A stretch of DNA of 24,000 nt from the NCBI RefSeq assembly GCF_052938755.1, contig NZ_CM129037.1. One strand, given 5' to 3'. Both the position numbers and the translations under genes were made by a program. Shown here piece by piece: positions 19,601 through 24,000 of the stretch (position 1 is its first letter; the number at the start of each line of letters is the position of its first letter). The notes below the pieces were generated by a model. It saw only the letters and a program-made list of their open reading frames with translations, did not search any database and was not told the DNA's origin.

Positions 19601-22600
19601 TACCCTACCGCTGGCGTCGGGTCATCGCCTTTGTAGTCGCGTTTTACTTCCGTCACCTCATCGCCCTTCTCGTTGTGCAGATGCACTTCAAGCTGGTTAA
19701 AGGCAATGTTGATGTCGTTTTCACGGCACAGCTGATCGATAGTACGGTTCAGCTCATCGACAGTACGACTACGGTCACGCAGTTCACGCACATACAGACG
19801 CAGCTCATGATCCAACGTGCTGGCACCAAATGCCGTAAAGAAGACTTCCGGCATTGGTTCGTGCATCACCCTTGGGTGCTCAGTCGCCGCCTTCAGTAAC
19901 ACTTTACGCACTTTTTCCAGATCGGAGCCATAGGCCACGCCGAGACGGATCACCAGACGCGTAGTAGTGTCAGTCAACGACCAGTTGATCAGACGCTCGG
20001 TAACAAACGCTTTGTTCGGGATGATCACTTCTTTGCGATCGAAATCGGTAATCGTTGTCGCACGAATACGGATCTTACTTACCGTCCCCGAGAAGCTACC
20101 AATGGTTACCGTATCGCCAATACGCACCGGACGTTCGAACAGAATGATCAAACCGGAGACGAAGTTACCGAAAATTTCTTGTAAACCAAAACCAAGACCT
20201 ACGGATAATGCTGCCGCCAGCCACTGGAGTTTATCCCACGAGACGCCCAGCGATCCGAACACCGTCATCGCACCAACGGCAATAATGATGTAGTTAAGGA
20301 TGGTAGTAATGGCATACGACGCACCCTGGCGCATATTCAGTCGCGAGAGCACCAGCACTTCCAGCAAACCAGGCAGGTTGCGAATCAACGCCCAGGCCAC
20401 CATTGAGGCGATAATCGCAAACAACAGACTGCCCATGGTGACGTTTTTCACCACCGCAGCGCCAGCTTCAGTGCCGTTGTAATGCCAGAGCGTGATGCTG
20501 TCGAGATAGCTGAACACGGTGATCAAATCGGACCAAATTGCCCAGAACATGACACCGAACAGCGCAAACATCAGCAACATGGTAATACGCAGCGTCTGCT
20601 GGTTAACCTGTTCCAGTGCAATGGTGGGTTCTTCCGGCGGTTCGGCACCTTCTGCGCCCTCTTTCACCAGATTCTGCCGACGCGCCAGCGCACGACGCCA
20701 GGCGATACGCCGCGCCGCTACGCTTAAGCCGCGCAATACCGTCTGGTAGAGCAAGTTCCAGATGATCACCAGATAAACGGTTTCAATCCAACGCCCGGAG
20801 AGGCGCAGCGTGGTGTAGAAATAACCCGTGGCAGTCAGCACCATCAATGCAATCGGGATAATCGACAGCACGGTAATGGTGACCAGTCGCATGGTGTGCG
20901 ACTCTTTATCACGCCAGCTTTCGCGGCACATTGGCCATACCAGGAAGGCAATCAGCAGCAGGTTGAAGAAAATCATCGCCTGCCCCAGCACATCATCCAT
21001 CAGATGCAGCGGGGAAAGTTCTGCCACCACAGACCAGAAATGGATAGGCAGCAACGCGAGACTGATGCGGACAATTTGCCGACGCCAGTGGCTGGTCTGC
21101 TGCTCCGGCATGCCGAAGTGACGCACGGCAACGCCATTTTTCTCCAGTACCTTCCAGCACAGGCCAAACACCAGCCAGAAAATCGCCAGTTTTTTACTGA
21201 ACGACCATAGCAGTTCGCTGATGTTGAGCTGCATGGTCAACAGAATCAGGCCAACCGCGAGAATAATCAGGCACACCGGCAGTGCACGGATCAGGTCGAT
21301 AAGGATCGCTTTTGGTGTGTTGAGCTGGCTGTCGTTACGCAGGGAACCCACAGCGGAAGCCAGTTTTTGTTGATACGCTTTCAGCCACCCCAGACGCCAG
21401 TGGATCAGCCCAGCAATCAACAGCAGCGGCAAACCAGCGAGGAAAGCGATAAAAACGGCGGGCCAGGCTTTTTCCCAGTTCACCGTAATTTTCATCGACT
21501 TAAATTCATCTTTCAGGCTTTGCGGGAATGCTTTGATCCAGTCCCAGTCCATTGGACGGTTACTGTTCACCCAAAAGATTTGCTGAGTCAGGATGGATTT
21601 CAGGTTTTTCGACACACTCATTAACTGCTGCTGGTTGATTTGCAGGTTAATGGCCATCATCAGCTGGTTACCCAACTGTTTGTTGAGTTGATCCAGCAAT
21701 TCGCGACGCATATCAACCACTTGCAATAACGCATCGTGAACTTCGCTGTTGACTTCGTTGGTGTGACCTTCTTCCAGTTTGTTGACGAACGCATCGCTCT
21801 GGAAGAGTGCATCACGCTGCTGGTTAACTTCAAACTGTTCGAGACGCAAATCCGCGATGCGGTTGGTCATGTTTTCCAGTTCATCCGCCGAGGGCAGCGT
21901 TTGTTGTTGCTGGTAAAGGATACGAGACAACAGCAGGCTGCCCTTCAGGACGGCAATCTGCTCTTTAATATTGCGTTCCGATTGCAGCGCCCGCTCCAGC
22001 CAGTTTTTGACTTTAATGTTTTGCTGCATCAACTGATTACCGTTTTCAGTCGCGGTAATCAGACGCTGACTTAACTGCTGGTTAATTTCCAGTTCCTGCT
22101 TCACCAGCGGATTAGCCTGAATACGCGCGGCTTCATCCGGGGAGACGGCTTCCTGCGCCGTTTTTTCGGTTAAAGTCAGGCGCTTGCTGTTTACCGCTTC
22201 TTGCAACAGTTGTAACTGGTGCTCCAGACGAGCGCTGTTCGCCGTCACGTAATCACGTTGCTTTTGCAAGGTATCCTGCAAGACGGTGTTCCCTTCCAGG
22301 CTTTTACGCTGCTGGTCAATCTCCGCATTCAGCAACGCCTGCTGGGCCTGCATTAACACTTTCTGGCTGGGACGTAAGGCTGTCTCGCCGACATCAGTCC
22401 CATCCAGACGACTGCGAATTTGTTGCAGCTGCTGCGAAGCGTTATACATCGCATTTTGCACGCGTTCGGGCTGCGTCTGTAACGAAACCAGCTGGCTGTT
22501 ATAAGACGCCAGATCGTTTTGTGCGTTTTGCAAATCGTCCAGCGCCAGGGCAACGCGAGTTTCCAGCTGGCGCAACGACAGCGTGCTCAGAATTTTGCGC

Positions 22601-22962
22601 GTTTCTTCGTCGTTATCGACATCGCTAAGTGCTGTTAACGCCGCGGTCGCCTGGCGCATTTTTTCCGGCGCTTCAGCGACTTTTTGCCGTAGCTGAACTG
22701 TCTCTTCTTTTATGCGATCGATTTTATCGAGGGTGGCTAATGTATCTGTCAGATCCTGCTGCACCAGTTTGTCCTGAGCAGAAAGATCTTTTTGTTTATT
22801 TAGTGAGTCAAGTTGCGCCTGCAGGTCCGCTTTTGTCGGCAGATCACCATTCGATGACGCCCGCGCAAACGCCGTGTTCTGGCATAACAAGACAAAAACA
22901 AAAGCAATAAATGCTGAAAAAACAAAATGCCGTGATCGTTTGTAATACTGGAACATAGTCAT
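19600..22962 (-). CDS. mscK: Mechanosensitive channel MscK (KefA)
   Basis: 1120 aa, signal peptide, long coiled-coil periplasmic domain, multiple TM segments and C-terminal MscS-like domain (GLGFGLQEIFGNFVSGLIILFERPVRIGDTV). Confidence 0.96.
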   Translation of the reverse strand: MTMFQYYKRSRHFVFSAFIAFVFVLLCQNTAFARASSNGDLPTKADLQAQLDSLNKQKDLSAQDKLVQQDLTDTLATLDKIDRIKEETVQLRQKVAEAPEKMRQATAALTALSDVDNDEETRKILSTLSLRQLETRVALALDDLQNAQNDLASYNSQLVSLQTQPERVQNAMYNASQQLQQIRSRLDGTDVGETALRPSQKVLMQAQQALLNAEIDQQRKSLEGNTVLQDTLQKQRDYVTANSARLEHQLQLLQEAVNSKRLTLTEKTAQEAVSPDEAARIQANPLVKQELEINQQLSQRLITATENGNQLMQQNIKVKNWLERALQSERNIKEQIAVLKGSLLLSRILYQQQQTLPSADELENMTNRIADLRLEQFEVNQQRDALFQSDAFVNKLEEGHTNEVNSEVHDALLQVVDMRRELLDQLNKQLGNQLMMAINLQINQQQLMSVSKNLKSILTQQIFWVNSNRPMDWDWIKAFPQSLKDEFKSMKITVNWEKAWPAVFIAFLAGLPLLLIAGLIHWRLGWLKAYQQKLASAVGSLRNDSQLNTPKAILIDLIRALPVCLIILAVGLILLTMQLNISELLWSFSKKLAIFWLVFGLCWKVLEKNGVAVRHFGMPEQQTSHWRRQIVRISLALLPIHFWSVVAELSPLHLMDDVLGQAMIFFNLLLIAFLVWPMCRESWRDKESHTMRLVTITVLSIIPIALMVLTATGYFYTTLRLSGRWIETVYLVIIWNLLYQTVLRGLSVAARRIAWRRALARRQNLVKEGAEGAEPPEEPTIALEQVNQQTLRITMLLMFALFGVMFWAIWSDLITVFSYLDSITLWHYNGTEAGAAVVKNVTMGSLLFAIIASMVAWALIRNLPGLLEVLVLSRLNMRQGASYAITTILNYIIIAVGAMTVFGSLGVSWDKLQWLAAALSVGLGFGLQEIFGNFVSGLIILFERPVRIGDTVTIGSFSGTVSKIRIRATTITDFDRKEVIIPNKAFVTERLINWSLTDTTTRLVIRLGVAYGSDLEKVRKVLLKAATEHPRVMHEPMPEVFFTAFGASTLDHELRLYVRELRDRSRTVDELNRTIDQLCRENDINIAFNQLEVHLHNEKGDEVTEVKRDYKGDDPTPAVG

Positions 22963-23047
22963 GATGAATGAAGGTTTCTGAACCTGAAGAACGACCTGAA
23001 AAAGTCAAACCGCAAGAATATCACGACGCAGTGAACCAGAATAGCAA

Positions 23048-23076
23048 CGACGAAAATGTCCAGGAAAAATCCTGGA
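23048..23076 (-). terminator. Weak terminator-like hairpin downstream of acrR
   Basis: Minus-strand TCCAGGA-tttt-TCCTGGA followed by CATTTTCGTCG; 7-bp stem, 14 nt past the acrR stop. Confidence 0.45.
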
Positions 23077-23089
23077 GTCAGATTCAGGG

Positions 23090-23737
23090 TTATTCGTTAG
23101 TGGCAGGATTACGAAGCGTGGGGCACAGGAGATACATCTCCAGTAAGATGGCAACGTAATCGCGGGCTTCTTTTTTAAGATCAAAAGATTGCGGGGCAAA
23201 GAGCCAGTTTTCCATCAGGCCGGAAATATAGCCGCGCATAATAATTGCTGCGCGACGCGTCATTAAATCCGCAGGCAACATTTTCGCTTCAATACAATGT
23301 TTTAACGTTTGTTCTATACGGTCATAACTTTCCAGACAGAGATTACGTTGTGCCTGTTGCACAACAGCCATTTCTCCGACAAATTCGCATTTGTGGAATA
23401 TAATCTCCATCAATAATCGACGCCGTTCTTCTGTCACCGTGGATTCAAGAACATGAATTAATATCTCTCTTAATACTGAGAGTGGATCGCCAGGGAATTT
23501 TGCCTGATACTCAAGCTCTAGTTCACCAATATTGGATTCTGACAGTTCCCAGATCTCACTGAACAAATCCGACTTGTCTTTAAAATGCCAGTAGATTGCA
23601 CCGCGCGTAACGCCAGCTGCTTTTGCAATCTCGCCCAGCGAGGTGGATGATACCCCCTGCTGTGAGAAAAGACGTAGAGCCACATCGAGGATGTGTTGGC
23701 GCGTTTCTTGCGCTTCTTGTTTGGTTTTTCGTGCCAT
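23090..23737 (-). CDS. acrR: TetR-family repressor AcrR
   Basis: 215 aa [59 protein letters not shown]. Confidence 0.97.
23718..23737 (-). promoter_or_regulatory. mar/sox/rob box overlapping the acrR start codon, upstream of acrA
   Basis: Minus-strand ATGGCACGAAAAACCAAACA fits the degenerate marbox consensus AYnGCACnnWnnRYYAAAYn at every defined position. Confidence 0.8.
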
Positions 23738-23765
23738 ATGTTCGTGAATTTACAGGCGTTAGATT

Positions 23766-23789
23766 TACATACATTTGTGAATGTATGTA
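23766..23789. promoter_or_regulatory. AcrR operator in the acrR-acrA divergent region
   Basis: 24-bp inverted repeat TACATACATTTGTGAATGTATGTA. Confidence 0.92.
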
Positions 23790-23878
23790 CCATAGCACGA
23801 CGATAATATAAACGCAGCAATGGGTTTATTAACTTTTGACCATTGACCAATTTGAAATCGGACACTCGAGGTTTACAT

Positions 23879-24000
23879 ATGAACAAAAACAGAGGGTTTA
23901 CGCCTCTGGCGGTCGTTCTGATGCTCTCAGGCAGCTTAGCCCTAACAGGATGTGACGACAAACAGGCCCAACAAGGTGGCCAGCAGATGCCCGCCGTTGG
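23879..24000 (+). CDS. acrA: RND efflux periplasmic adaptor AcrA, N-terminal part (3' end outside window)
   Basis: MNKNRGFTPLAVVLMLSGSLALTGCDDKQAQQGGQQMPAVG, lipoprotein signal with lipobox LTGC. Confidence 0.95.
   Translation, partial: MNKNRGFTPLAVVLMLSGSLALTGCDDKQAQQGGQQMPAV

Overview
This 24 kb window looks like ordinary Escherichia coli core chromosome, in the reverse orientation relative to the usual K-12 map. Recognised gene order: 'copA(+, 5'-truncated) - ybaQ(-) - ybaP(+) - chiX sRNA(-) - ybaK(+) - ushA(-) - fsr(+) - ybaL(+) - gsk(-) - aes(+) - hemH(-) - adk(-) - htpG(-) - recR(-) - ybaB(-) - dnaX(-) - apt(-) - ybaN(-) - priC(+) - ybaM(+) - mscK/kefA(-) - acrR(-) - acrA(+, 3'-truncated). 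I see no prophage, IS element, CRISPR array, toxin-antitoxin pair or defence island, and no credible undescribed multigene system. The points of interest are non-coding or recoding signals: ChiX sRNA abutting ybaP, the dnaX -1 frameshift cassette, the htpG sigma-32 promoter, the AcrR operator, a mar/sox/rob box over the acrR start, a Fur-box-like sequence between ybaN and priC, 21-bp-phased direct repeats between ushA and fsr, REP/BIME elements and REP-derived hairpins, and a pair of related palindromes around a REP pair downstream of mscK. Gene identities come from recalled protein sequences and motifs; no database search was run.
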